Below, in pieces: positions 30,053 to 40,319 of a stretch of DNA of 64,000 nt (positions within the stretch are counted from its first letter, which is position 1; each line of letters opens with the position of its first letter). Under the pieces are notes generated by a model that saw only the letters and a list, made by a program, of their open reading frames with translations, was not told where the DNA came from and searched no databases. Source of the DNA: Candidatus Thalassarchaeaceae archaeon (GTDB lineage: Archaea; Thermoplasmatota; Poseidoniia; Poseidoniales; Thalassarchaeaceae). A program made the translations under genes and the position numbers. The stretch spans positions 608 to 64,607 of the forward strand of contig JASLKP010000006.1 in the NCBI GenBank assembly GCA_030747485.1. The letters are read 5' to 3'.

Positions 30053-33000
30053 TTACTCTTCTTCTCGATATGCATCAATTTGTTCCTGAGACCAACCAGC
30101 CTCAATCAATTGTTCATCGGTCCAATCTGTAATTTCAGTCATTTCAGACAATGATGTAGGCGATAACCCCGCCATTTCCAACAAAATCTCATCACTTTCC
30201 TCTCCTGCTGTTTTGGACCATGCATCATCTGGTAGAACTTCTTCTTCAATTGGAAGGTCATCAGAGCGGTTGGAGACGAATATACCAGAGATAAGCAAGA
30301 GTAGAAGCAAGAAAAGTCCAACCACTCCAATCACAATTCCAGTCAGTGCAGAAGGAGGACCCTTTGAGGTCTCATCTGTGGTTTCATTTACTGTAGCGGA
30401 CTGGTTTGCCTCGCGCGCGCGTAGGAGAATCTCACGATTGACAGACAATCCACTCTCATCTAAACAAGCGATTTGGAAGGTGTAATTGGTCTCTGAATCA
30501 CCAGTAGGGGTCCATGCATGAATCCAATCTCCACCAGCATCAGGATGGAATAATTCAGAGATTACAGTGATTCCATTGGGTTCAGTCATTAGAATTGAGC
30601 ACTCAGTGCCATCATTACCATCTGCATCAATAATATTGAACTTCAGAGTAGATTCTTTTCCTGAAGTTAAATCAGTCGGCATCTCTGAGAAATCCAATTG
30701 TGGTGTTGCACCTCGGAAATCAACCATCAATGGATTTGAAAATCCGTTCAAACCATCAATATCTCGTAGGTATACAATCATCTCAATGGAACCAAGAGGA
30801 AATGAATTCAGATACGAATCTAAGACCAGAATTCGGTAATATCGATTCTCTTCTCCTGTCCCTGGTGTACATGCCGCAGGTGGGACCATCTCAATCATGG
30901 TCTCGATTGGAGCATTCATTTCGTGGCCGGGTTCTGCTGAGAATTGGATTCCACCTAATTCAATTGGTCTTCCTTCAGGTATTCCAATCCAAACGTATAC
31001 TCCAGTGACACCACGCGTCAAATAATCAACAGAAACACTGCCCTCACAGATGATTGGAGCCGATAATATGGGAGGCGTCAAGAAAACAGGGCGTGTCCAT
31101 TCCCATGAAAGATTCGTCCAAGTCCCGTTGGTAATTGTAGCAGTGATAATGCCCTCACCTTGTTCAAGACCTGCAGGGGCTGTGACCGTCGGTGATGTTA
31201 CGAGTTGAGAGCCAGAACCTGGCCACTCGATTTCGATTGAGAGTTCAAATTCAACAAACGGGTCATCCTCATCTGTAATTTGAAGATCAATTACATCGGA
31301 CGCACCACTGAGATAATTCACGTTAAGGAGTTCTGCTGTTGGTGCGAGGTCAATTGGAATCAACGTACGATTTGCCCATTCAACCCCCTCGGCATAGAGA
31401 CTCATTTGGATGGGCTCTAGGGACCCACCTGCAGGTGGTTGCCAATTGATTTGGTAACATGTCTGACTACCGGAAGTACTGGAAATTTGAAGTTGTGGTA
31501 AATCGATTCCATCAATTTGAATTCTTGGTGAATCAGGATGATATTGATGATCCAAATCGATGACACACGCGGTGATAATATGCTGCTGGCCTCGAATCCA
31601 ACCTGAGGCATTTGGAGATAATGTGTCTGCTCCAGTCCATGGTGAAGCATCAACACCTTCGACGTGTGGACCATACCAAGTAGATGGGGCATCGACAATG
31701 GTGAAGGCATCATCCCATTGCATGCTATCTGAGAGATTTGATGCGTCGACAACAAACCAATGTAAATCAACTGAGGTCAGAGGTATATCGGCTGGTAATG
31801 TGATACTAGCAACCCACCGAGATGGTGAGGATATACTACCTGCGCTGATGTTAGCCCACGAACCATTCCACCAATCCAAACGCCATGAAAGGGTAGCAGC
31901 GACCACACCAAAATCGTCGTCAACTTGAACTTCACAAGTTACAATTCCTCCACGAGCAGCTTCAGTGGTAGAACAAATTGAACCCGTGATTTCAGGACCT
32001 TCGTTAATCTGAGTATTCAGTGTTGCTAGATTGTTATCGATGACTCGCTCTGGGTGTGAATTCGCAGGAATCCATCGAACAATGAACTCGATGTATCCAG
32101 TTCTAACCGGTGTTATATTCACAGGTAAGATTAGGCGACTTCCCTGATCATTGCCACCTGGAATTGTCATTGAAATATTGGCCAATAATATACTACCTTG
32201 ACGATCTCGAACCTCAAGGTAACCTACGGCTTCAGCAGGTGCAAGATTTTCCATGAGTACCTCCAAGGTACCATTCACATCCTTGCTCAACATGACGGGG
32301 GTGCGTACATCGGAGATATTCACATCATGTAATCGATTAGAATAGGCTGCCATCTTCGGGTCACCAACCACAACACCCATCCATGATAGGAGAACGTTGG
32401 AAGCCGCATAGCATTCCGCAAGGGTGAAACCTTGAGCATAACATTCGAAGAGTTGTTCTGGATTGGAAATTGCTGATAGATAAGGTTCGTAGACATAGCC
32501 TTTGACGCCTGAAACGCCATCCTCTAGTAAATCTGCTACGAGGCTTTGTCCATAATCTGTACCTAGAGTGAATGTACGCCCCCCCGTACTCACCGCAGTT
32601 TCCGCAATGCTTCCATCAAGCCAAGTAAAATGAGGGCGTATTGGATACAACTTGAGAGTATCAAAGAAAATAGATCCATTGTATGTTCCAGAATCAAATT
32701 CAGCGACCTGGCGAATAGCAATGCTGGTCGCATTAATGTGAGGGCGGAAGCGTAGAACTCGAGATTGCCAATCATCGGAGAATGCTCGACTGTCTGACTG
32801 ATTCGTGGAGAGTGATGTCCCGTTGGAATCTAAGGATTCGACCTCTAACCACCAATCGCCTTCGACCCATCCCTCTCTCATTGAATAACCATCGAGAACC
32901 CAAGCATGTTCTTGCAAATCTGATTCGATTGACCAAACCTGTTCTACAAATGCGGTTGAATTTGATGTTGTATTGAATGATGGGCAAATCCATACAATTT

Positions 33001-35167
33001 CATCGTGAACGTCTGCAACCTCCTCTTCACTCAATGCAGTTTCCCAAATTTGCACCTCGTCAATGACACCAGTAAAATGAGTGCTACCTGCTCGATTCAC
33101 CCCAAATTTGTATAGTTCAATGCTATTGATTGTACCATTGGGAACACTTTGATTGAGAACCTCAACACCATCGATGTAGAGTGTGACATTGTCGTTTTCA
33201 AATGTCGCAACTAGGTGTTGCCATACAGTTGGATCTACGGTTCCAAAACTGTATGAATTATTGTGATATAATTCCCAATTTCCAGGATTTCCACCACTGG
33301 CCATAATCTGAAATGACTCGTCATCCCCTGCAACATCATTGACCGCAATTGCCGAAGAGTATCGGGGCTGACCAGAATGATTGGCCTGTACCCAAAGACT
33401 GACGGTGAAATCAGTAACCATATCGTCAACATCGACGCGAGCTTCATCGTCAACACCATCAAAGAAAGCACAGTTGCCCAAAACACAAGTTCGCCATTGG
33501 CTACCATTTGTTCCTGTGAAATTGAGGTGGGCTGAGCCAACAGAGTCGTTGGCAACATCGCCGCTGTTCTCATCAAATTCCCAATGATGGATGAGTTCCG
33601 ATTCGCGAACGGGATGACTGCTACCACGTGTAAGAACATTTGTTGGAACGGTTTGCTTAGAGATTCCGGGGCCTTCCCATTTGAGTTCTAACCCTGCATA
33701 ACCACCATGCTCAAAGAACTCTGTTCGCAACTCGTGCTCACCAGTTTCAAGCCATACTATTCCTGACTGCTCCTGCATGGAGTGGTGTCCTTGATTATCT
33801 ACAATTTCAACATCATCAATCCAAAGTTTGGACCCATCATCACTGCGCAAATAGAATGTCCAATTCCCAGTTGTTGGAATATGAATTACGCCCGTATGCC
33901 TAGCGCTCCAATATTCAAGGAAGCGACTGTCTAATCCAGTCCAAGCATGCTGTGTTGATGGCCAGTCGATGTTTGGTTCATGTCGAACGAAATCCGGTGT
34001 TCGTCCTGATAAGTTAACCATGGTACTAACATTGTATGTCACACCATTGTTATCGAAGTATTCAGCCAACAATCCATTGGTAGTGGATGCATCGTTAGCA
34101 CCACATGGGGCATCCTCAAGTCGGCCCTCCATAGCAGCATTCCCATTTCTCTTGGTCTCTGTCTGCCGGGCCCACCACCATTGTTCACCTGGAGACAGTG
34201 AAGGACCTACGCCGTCCCAATATCTTGAGCCAGTTGACCATGAACCATCCGATGTATCATATCCTGAATTTGACAATTCATTGTTCGCCCAAACCCCATC
34301 GTTACTACCCCAAGAGGTGTACATCGAGACATTCTCCATGTCGGTGACGAATGTATTGTTTTGATTGAAATGTATAGGGAAGCCCATGCTTGAAATGGTC
34401 GCATCAGTCGTGTAGAGGAGATCATTCCACCACTTGTAACCTGAACCATTTCGATTTGTTGCCAAATCCAACACGGTTAGTCCATGTTGTCCAAAACTAT
34501 TGTTGGTCTTTTCAATGAGATTTAGTGCGGTATCCAAATCATAACCAGTCAATCGAGTGACAAGATAGTAGCCTTGTTCTAATCGGTTAAATTCACTCAT
34601 CTCATTTCCAGCGGCTAAACCATAGTTTGAGGTTGCATACCAATCTGCATGAATGCTACTGGCAAATGGACCACCTATCAATGCAATTTCAGAATCAAAA
34701 GAGGCCCGAGAGTTGGTCCCACCATTCACTCGGAGAGGTACGCCTTTCGTCGTCACCAGAACATTGAGTTCAGTGAGATTTCGATTCTGAATCATTTCTT
34801 GAATTGGTGTAACGAAGAATGTGTCGAATTGATCATTGTTGATTGTCTCCCCCGTAGGAGTGCTCTCATTGGTCAATAAGAAGATCCGTTCAGAAGGGAT
34901 GCCTCTAGCATCTGCAAATGCATATCCAATGACTCTGCTGACTTCACTTTCGTTATTGATAATAATCGCGACATCACTGTAATCTGCCATCGACATATGA
35001 TTGAATGGAGTCGAAACTGCAACGTCTCTAAACGGTGTTTCATTCCAAGAATCAACATGCACCCCTCCTTCGGAGGGAAGGTTCTCAATCGCTTGAATCG
35101 GAGTGAAAGATGCCCAAGATTGCAGCAAAATTAGCAAGACCAGAGCATAGGCCTGACGGGAACGCAC
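30053..35167 (-). CDS. Large surface protein: TIGR03790 domain with PA14 and LamG inserts, Ig/CARDB-like repeats, C-terminal TM
   Basis: LVTTKGVPLRV, YLVTRLTG, SWGSND, VSGVKGYVYEPYL; PA14 YLRSDDGSKLWID; LamG HHWEFDE...FTGVIDEVQIW; start uncertain (GTG 35167 or 35197). Confidence 0.8.
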   Translation of the reverse strand: MRSRQAYALVLLILLQSWASFTPIQAIENLPSEGGVHVDSWNETPFRDVAVSTPFNHMSMADYSDVAIIINNESEVSRVIGYAFADARGIPSERIFLLTNESTPTGETINNDQFDTFFVTPIQEMIQNRNLTELNVLVTTKGVPLRVNGGTNSRASFDSEIALIGGPFASSIHADWYATSNYGLAAGNEMSEFNRLEQGYYLVTRLTGYDLDTALNLIEKTNNSFGQHGLTVLDLATNRNGSGYKWWNDLLYTTDATISSMGFPIHFNQNNTFVTDMENVSMYTSWGSNDGVWANNELSNSGYDTSDGSWSTGSRYWDGVGPSLSPGEQWWWARQTETKRNGNAAMEGRLEDAPCGANDASTTNGLLAEYFDNNGVTYNVSTMVNLSGRTPDFVRHEPNIDWPSTQHAWTGLDSRFLEYWSARHTGVIHIPTTGNWTFYLRSDDGSKLWIDDVEIVDNQGHHSMQEQSGIVWLETGEHELRTEFFEHGGYAGLELKWEGPGISKQTVPTNVLTRGSSHPVRESELIHHWEFDENSGDVANDSVGSAHLNFTGTNGSQWRTCVLGNCAFFDGVDDEARVDVDDMVTDFTVSLWVQANHSGQPRYSSAIAVNDVAGDDESFQIMASGGNPGNWELYHNNSYSFGTVDPTVWQHLVATFENDNVTLYIDGVEVLNQSVPNGTINSIELYKFGVNRAGSTHFTGVIDEVQIWETALSEEEVADVHDEIVWICPSFNTTSNSTAFVEQVWSIESDLQEHAWVLDGYSMREGWVEGDWWLEVESLDSNGTSLSTNQSDSRAFSDDWQSRVLRFRPHINATSIAIRQVAEFDSGTYNGSIFFDTLKLYPIRPHFTWLDGSIAETAVSTGGRTFTLGTDYGQSLVADLLEDGVSGVKGYVYEPYLSAISNPEQLFECYAQGFTLAECYAASNVLLSWMGVVVGDPKMAAYSNRLHDVNISDVRTPVMLSKDVNGTLEVLMENLAPAEAVGYLEVRDRQGSILLANISMTIPGGNDQGSRLILPVNITPVRTGYIEFIVRWIPANSHPERVIDNNLATLNTQINEGPEITGSICSTTEAARGGIVTCEVQVDDDFGVVAATLSWRLDWWNGSWANISAGSISSPSRWVASITLPADIPLTSVDLHWFVVDASNLSDSMQWDDAFTIVDAPSTWYGPHVEGVDASPWTGADTLSPNASGWIRGQQHIITACVIDLDHQYHPDSPRIQIDGIDLPQLQISSTSGSQTCYQINWQPPAGGSLEPIQMSLYAEGVEWANRTLIPIDLAPTAELLNVNYLSGASDVIDLQITDEDDPFVEFELSIEIEWPGSGSQLVTSPTVTAPAGLEQGEGIITATITNGTWTNLSWEWTRPVFLTPPILSAPIICEGSVSVDYLTRGVTGVYVWIGIPEGRPIELGGIQFSAEPGHEMNAPIETMIEMVPPAACTPGTGEENRYYRILVLDSYLNSFPLGSIEMIVYLRDIDGLNGFSNPLMVDFRGATPQLDFSEMPTDLTSGKESTLKFNIIDADGNDGTECSILMTEPNGITVISELFHPDAGGDWIHAWTPTGDSETNYTFQIACLDESGLSVNREILLRAREANQSATVNETTDETSKGPPSALTGIVIGVVGLFLLLLLLISGIFVSNRSDDLPIEEEVLPDDAWSKTAGEESDEILLEMAGLSPTSLSEMTEITDWTDEQLIEAGWSQEQIDAYREEE

Positions 35168-35216
35168 GGCTTCGCACGCCCTACATCGACATTTCACGGT
35201 GTCGGGCAGATGTCAA

Positions 35217-35233
35217 CGGCACCTATGGTGCCG
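35217..35233. repeat. C-RTA-G triloop palindrome, copy 5 (cggcacc-TAT-ggtgccg)
   Basis: Perfect 7-bp inverted repeat in a divergent promoter region (if the macro gene starts at 35297). Confidence 0.8.
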
Positions 35234-35296
35234 AGTCAAACAATCCGGACCTCTTCGACGATTGACATAAAGCCCACCGGCCCCTCTCGCGAAAAT

Positions 35297-35935
35297 ATGG
35301 CCGACGTTATCATTGCACGAGAATGCCGCCATTCTCGATTGCGAGTCATTGCTGGTGACTTGACAAAATATGAAGCCGATATCAGTGTGACAACGGCCAA
35401 TAATCGCCTTGCTGGCCGAGAAGGTCTGGACGCAAAGATGCATGCGGCTGCAGGAGAAGAACTTCGAGAAGCTTGCATGGAGATTGCAAAGGAACAGCGA
35501 GCACAGAATTTGCAACCATGTCCTGTTGGAAATGCAGTGACTACCCCTGGATTCAATTTACCATGTAAACACTTGATTCATGTTGTTGGACCTGATTGCC
35601 GTAGACCCAGTCAAGATGAAGGCCGTCGAGAGATGATTGCCGATGCTTATGCCGCTCTGTTTGAACAGGTCAAGGCCATCGGAGGTGCAGAAACAATGGT
35701 CTGCCCACCCATTTCAATGGGCATTTTTGCATATCCTAATCGCGAAGGTGCTCGTATGACAATGGAAATAGTTCTCGGATGGTTGGATGGTGAAGAAGAA
35801 CCTGGAATTCAGGACTTTGTTCTACTCGTCAACGATGAAAACTTCGTGAAGAATCTCAAGACCGTTTACCGTGAATCAGAAGACCAATTTCCAGGTACTG
35901 ATTGTACGCGAGAATATCGCAAGCGTCGGTTCTGA
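35297..35935 (+). CDS. Macro domain protein (ADP-ribose binding/hydrolase)
   Basis: GDLTKYEAD...TTANNRL, GNAVTTPGFNLPCKHLIHVVGP, PPISMGIFAYP. Confidence 0.9.
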   Translation: MADVIIARECRHSRLRVIAGDLTKYEADISVTTANNRLAGREGLDAKMHAAAGEELREACMEIAKEQRAQNLQPCPVGNAVTTPGFNLPCKHLIHVVGPDCRRPSQDEGRREMIADAYAALFEQVKAIGGAETMVCPPISMGIFAYPNREGARMTMEIVLGWLDGEEEPGIQDFVLLVNDENFVKNLKTVYRESEDQFPGTDCTREYRKRRF

Positions 35936-35939
35936 ACAA

Positions 35940-36011
35940 GCGCACGTGATCTAGCGGTTATGATGTATGGTTCCCAACCATGCCACCCGAGTTCAAATCT
36001 CGGCGTGCGCA
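35940..36011 (+). tRNA. tRNA-Gly(CCC)
   Basis: Acceptor GCGCACG/CGTGCGC, anticodon arm TATGG-TTCCCAA-CCATG, T-arm CCGAG-TTCAAAT-CTCGG; no intron, CCA not encoded. Confidence 0.93.
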
Positions 36012-36056
36012 CCTGTGCATTCACCACAATCAGTCATCATCAATTGAACAATTCGG

Positions 36057-36812
36057 TCAATACGTCGGACGATTGAGTTGACGTTGTATGGCCTCTTCCA
36101 TTGATAGCCGACCTACCGCAACAGCCTGTGCAAGTCTTTGCGAAATGGTGACGCGCCCACCAGAATAGCGACGGCTAAGTCGTTGTATTTCTTTGATTTC
36201 ACCAGGGGTCGGATTCACAGGTAGTTTACCATGAATGGGGTGGCCCTCTAACTGTGCAATTCTTGCTGCTGAAGCATGATGTTGATGTCTAGGCAGCCCA
36301 GCAGACGTTCTTCTTTCATCAACCCGTTCAACTGTCAAGCCACGTACCAAACAAATATTGGCTAATCGATTTGAAATGGTTCGAGAACCATCACCAATTC
36401 GAACAGTCATGTCAACGTGTTCGATTTCTGCGGTTAACGAACAAATGTAATCTACAGTCATGTCAACTGATTCGACTTGAGTCGTGCCCAGAACACGGCC
36501 ATCGCCGACCCATGCTAGGCCAGGTCGTGGACCGGGATCGACGCCGAAGGTAAGGTTTCGAACTGCTCCGATTTTTGCGACCGCACGCAAGGCCCGATCA
36601 ACAGAGGATTCAATCGACTCAAGAGTGGCACCAATGCCCAACGGGTCCGCTGCTGCTGCGACTTCTTCATGAGTGGCCAACCATACGCGAGTAGACGGTG
36701 GGAGATCTGCGTTCTGATTCAGATGCGTACAACGTACATTTCGCTGCTTCAAGCAAGCCAACAAGCGATATGCCAGACGGAAATCTCCTGTTCGAACAAC
36801 TACCTTACCCAC
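36057..36812 (-). CDS. Conserved hypothetical protein with an RNase H-like (YqgF/RuvC-like) domain
   Basis: FGVDPGPRPGLA, RIGDG, VDERRTS motifs; GTG start. Confidence 0.65.
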   Translation of the reverse strand: MGKVVVRTGDFRLAYRLLACLKQRNVRCTHLNQNADLPPSTRVWLATHEEVAAAADPLGIGATLESIESSVDRALRAVAKIGAVRNLTFGVDPGPRPGLAWVGDGRVLGTTQVESVDMTVDYICSLTAEIEHVDMTVRIGDGSRTISNRLANICLVRGLTVERVDERRTSAGLPRHQHHASAARIAQLEGHPIHGKLPVNPTPGEIKEIQRLSRRYSGGRVTISQRLAQAVAVGRLSMEEAIQRQLNRPTY

Positions 36813-36947
36813 GTTACTCGGTAACCATGAGGATAGTCAAACCTTCGCCTTTCATGGGTTGGAACATCTCAATTCACTAGATGAATGGGTATCACTATTG
36901 GACTTCCAACCGCGACAGTCTTAGCGAAAGGGATGCGCGCATCTTGC

Positions 36948-37586
36948 GTGGCCTCATCATACGAGAGAGAATTGCGGGCGGTTCTCGCAGGTTCTCCACG
37001 TGGAGTTCGTGCTGTCACGCGCTCTTGCACTGAATTGCAACGCGCGCGTGCAATGCAAGTTGTTGAACGCCCATTTTTGGTCGTGCGCGCAGCAGGTAGT
37101 GGAATGGATGGAAGTGGTGATCTTCTGGCATTGCGTGGAGACATTTGCTTCCCAATCGAAGTCAAAACAAGAGCCGATCGGAAAGTCTACCTTTCAGGTC
37201 AGATGCTTGAACAATATGAGGCGATGAAAGATATTGGCGAAAAGTGTGGGCTGATGCCCTTGTATGCACATCGTTTGAAAGGAGTGAGAGGAGATTCATG
37301 GAGAATCTTTAGAATCGAAACGACCACACTTACTGGACCACTAGCTGCACTTGCAAGAAGAATACCTGCATTGCCACTTACCAGAACTGGGAAACCACAT
37401 TTGGATTGGGATCAGGGACTTCCATTACACCAATTCCTAGGAGTCGTTTGTAGGAAATCTGAGGATAGTGGACTTTCACGTTTGGTGCAAGACGCATTGT
37501 CTACGCCGATTCCTGAAACTGAAAGGAAATCGGTTGTTGTCCAGCACGAACCATTGCCTGCATGGATGGATCGATTCAAAGTCTGA
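36948..37586 (+). CDS. hjc: Archaeal Holliday junction resolvase Hjc
   Basis: SYERELR, VRAAGSG, GDLLAL, PIEVKT PD-(D/E)xK motif; probable GTG start at 36948. Confidence 0.85.
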   Translation: MASSYERELRAVLAGSPRGVRAVTRSCTELQRARAMQVVERPFLVVRAAGSGMDGSGDLLALRGDICFPIEVKTRADRKVYLSGQMLEQYEAMKDIGEKCGLMPLYAHRLKGVRGDSWRIFRIETTTLTGPLAALARRIPALPLTRTGKPHLDWDQGLPLHQFLGVVCRKSEDSGLSRLVQDALSTPIPETERKSVVVQHEPLPAWMDRFKV

Positions 37587-37766
37587 TTAGACATCTTCGC
37601 CTGATAGGTTGGTTTCGATTCGCTCAATGGCAACGGCCTGACGTCCAATATCACGAGCAACTCGCTTGAAATCGGCTTGCTCAAGCATCCTACGAATTGC
37701 GTCTCGATCCCGTAGTAATGTGTTGACTCGCCGTTGCGTTCGACGGGTCTCCTCGGAATCGGCCAT
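37587..37766 (-). CDS. Small hypothetical helical protein, 59 aa (below the ORF-track cutoff)
   Basis: MADSEETRRTQRRVNTLLRDRDAIRRMLEQADFKRVARDIGRQAVAIERIETNLSGEDV; fills the gap and its stop abuts the hjc stop. Confidence 0.6.
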   Translation of the reverse strand: MADSEETRRTQRRVNTLLRDRDAIRRMLEQADFKRVARDIGRQAVAIERIETNLSGEDV

Positions 37767-37839
37767 GACCGTCGCAGAGGGTCGTCTGACTTCAGCACTC
37801 CCCCCTATCCTTCAAGAGGAACCGCCTTGAGGGGAGGGG

Positions 37840-39336
37840 GTGAGCGATGCACGACGAGCCCGTGATCGGAGAGGATTCATCCTACTGTTCATCAGTGGAT
37901 TCCTAGCCATTCAATTCCATTGGGGCTTCGCAATTCTGGGAATTTGGATCATCATATTGAGACAACTTGAGGAAAGGGGCGTATTGGATCGATGGGATGC
38001 GACGAGGGTACTCGGTGGAATCCTAATGATTCGAACAAAACGCGGGCAGGTTGCATTGGAAAAATTAGCCAAACCTAGGAAATTTTGGAGATATTTTGGT
38101 GAACTATCTCTGTGGACGTGTTATCTCTCGATGTTTCTCATTACTGCCATGATGATTCTCATCATTGTTTCAGCAATCATCAATGGTGTTCCAAATAGTG
38201 ACACACCTCCAAGTCAAATGGTTTTGATTCCTGGCGTGAATCCAATCATTCCATTTTGGTGGCCTGCTCTTGCGATTATTGGCGCTCTTGTAATACATGA
38301 ATACGGACATGCCCTACAGGCAAGAGCACATGGAATGAGAGTGCGTTCCTTTGGTCTCTTACTACTCGGCCCATTGCCATTGGGGGCTTTTGCAGAACCT
38401 GAGGCTGAGGAACTGTTCAAAGCACCACGTCGAGAAAGAGTACGAATGTTTGCTGCTGGCCCATCAGTGAACCTGTACACAGCGTTGTTGACTTGGTTAA
38501 TCATTGGAGCACTAGCGACTCAATTCGCAGCCATTGATTCTGGCGTTCATGCATCGGGAATTGTTGAAGGCGCACCAGCAGATGAAGCCGGATTGGAACC
38601 ATGGGAAATCATCACCCATTTCAATGGGGTTGAAATCGAAACAGCAACAGATCTCAGAGACGAAATTGAACAATATGATGCTGGAGATGATGTAGAATTA
38701 ACCGTTCTTGGGGCAATCGAAGATGACGGGACAAGAACGCAACGAGAATTCAACATTACACTCGCTGATCGATACCAGTATTACCTCGATGAAAATCTAA
38801 GCGCTGCAGAAATCGAATCCTATGGAATTGAACCAGGTGATGCATTCCTAGGCGTTTCAGGAATGTCAGGAGGGACGGTTGGAATCGACCGAATTGCTGG
38901 TCCATTGTCGATTCATTACGATCAACCATGGTATATCGATGGAATTGCAATTGCTGTACATCCACTGACATTAATCGGAATCCCAATACAATTTGATGGT
39001 CAAATTATGGGATCCCAAGAAATGGAATATCTAGAAGCTGATGGCATGATTGGAGAGTTACTTGGAAAGAAAATTATCCTCGCTTTGATGACTGGATTAT
39101 TTTGGTTTGTTTGGATGAACATTGCATTAGGTTTTGCAAACCTGATTCCAATCATTCCATTCGATGGCGGTCATCTGATGAAAGACCTGATACATTCGAT
39201 TGCTGAGAAACTCAATCGATTGACAAAAAATCCACACCCATTGAAGGTAGACCCCATTGTGAGAAGGATTTCATCAGTGACCAGTATGTTCCTATTCATC
39301 GCCTTGGCGATGATTATTTTTGGACAGTACGTCTAG
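37840..39336 (+). CDS. Site-2 protease (M50) with PDZ domain
   Basis: HEYGH, GAFAEP, AAGPSVN, NLIPIIPFDGGH; PDZ GAPADEAGL. Confidence 0.92.
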   Translation: MSDARRARDRRGFILLFISGFLAIQFHWGFAILGIWIIILRQLEERGVLDRWDATRVLGGILMIRTKRGQVALEKLAKPRKFWRYFGELSLWTCYLSMFLITAMMILIIVSAIINGVPNSDTPPSQMVLIPGVNPIIPFWWPALAIIGALVIHEYGHALQARAHGMRVRSFGLLLLGPLPLGAFAEPEAEELFKAPRRERVRMFAAGPSVNLYTALLTWLIIGALATQFAAIDSGVHASGIVEGAPADEAGLEPWEIITHFNGVEIETATDLRDEIEQYDAGDDVELTVLGAIEDDGTRTQREFNITLADRYQYYLDENLSAAEIESYGIEPGDAFLGVSGMSGGTVGIDRIAGPLSIHYDQPWYIDGIAIAVHPLTLIGIPIQFDGQIMGSQEMEYLEADGMIGELLGKKIILALMTGLFWFVWMNIALGFANLIPIIPFDGGHLMKDLIHSIAEKLNRLTKNPHPLKVDPIVRRISSVTSMFLFIALAMIIFGQYV

Positions 39337-39338
39337 AT

Positions 39339-40313
39339 TCATTCCTCTTCTTGAAGAGGGGGCATGAGTGCCTCTATTCGTGCTTGATCTACTTCTGGTG
39401 CTGTCGCCATTGCTTTGTTTGCAACACGCTCCCAGATTGCTGGAATTGCGAGCAATATGATGGCAGTGAAAATGAGTTTCGTCCAAGATGCATTTGGCAC
39501 TTGATCGCTATTGTTGGACAAACCCAACTTGACTGCACCCACCCATGGAATCTCTCCACCAGCAACGCCAACAATCCAATCGTCTCGAACTGCAGTCACT
39601 GGCAAACCAGTCTCTTCATCGATTAGACCTTGGCGAGGAGCAAAGTGATTGCCCGAATATCCTATTGCAGCGTATTGGTCAACATTACAACCATTTGTGA
39701 CGACATTGTCACCCGTTGTAAGATAGCCCGCATGACCTGGATCCCAATCAGTAATCTGTAACGATGAGCCGTTTTTACAAGTATAATCAATTGTGACTGT
39801 AATCTCTTCTACATCAAAAACATCTGTTCCAGGTACTGTCCAAGTGAGGACACAAGTACCTGCTGTTCCATCTTCATCAATTGAAATTGGGTCCCAACTA
39901 CCATCAGTTCCATCACAAGGATTCTCAGAATTACGGTCGATTGGTGTCACAGTATCTTCTGCAACCGCTTGAAGAATTGCGCGATGAATAACAGGGGTGG
40001 TACTGCCCCCATTCTTGGCATAAATAATCACATCTCCTGCCATTCCATGTGTCTCATAACCTTCAGCGGAATTACCTGGCTGCACCGCTTCTGCAAAAGT
40101 CACTACAGATTTTTTATCTGTAGACATCACGAGTACAAGATCTCCCGGATCAATGGCTCCAACATTTCCGTTATCTTCATGCATCATTGAACCTGACTCA
40201 ATGACAACCATCGGAGGCCATGATCCAGTCATCAAAACCAATGTAGCAATGAGTGTCGAGATTAGACCTCCTGCCAAGATGGCTTCGCGAACCCACGTCC
40301 ACGACTCGCCCAT
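39339..40313 (-). CDS. Signal peptidase I (S26B, Sec11-type)
   Basis: VVIESGSMMH, IDPGDLVLV, PVIHRA, TTGDN, EIPWVG. Confidence 0.88.
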   Translation of the reverse strand: MGESWTWVREAILAGGLISTLIATLVLMTGSWPPMVVIESGSMMHEDNGNVGAIDPGDLVLVMSTDKKSVVTFAEAVQPGNSAEGYETHGMAGDVIIYAKNGGSTTPVIHRAILQAVAEDTVTPIDRNSENPCDGTDGSWDPISIDEDGTAGTCVLTWTVPGTDVFDVEEITVTIDYTCKNGSSLQITDWDPGHAGYLTTGDNVVTNGCNVDQYAAIGYSGNHFAPRQGLIDEETGLPVTAVRDDWIVGVAGGEIPWVGAVKLGLSNNSDQVPNASWTKLIFTAIILLAIPAIWERVANKAMATAPEVDQARIEALMPPLQEEE

Positions 40314-40319
40314 TAGGAT

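Noticed and set aside
35940-36056. Integrated element at tRNA-Gly
   Set aside because: No integrase, and I saw no duplicated tRNA 3' end in the window
37412-37798. 128-aa minus-strand ORF or a structured ncRNA in this gap
   Set aside because: The long ORF overlaps hjc; the 59-aa frame explains the gap better, and I recognised no SRP or RNase P motifs
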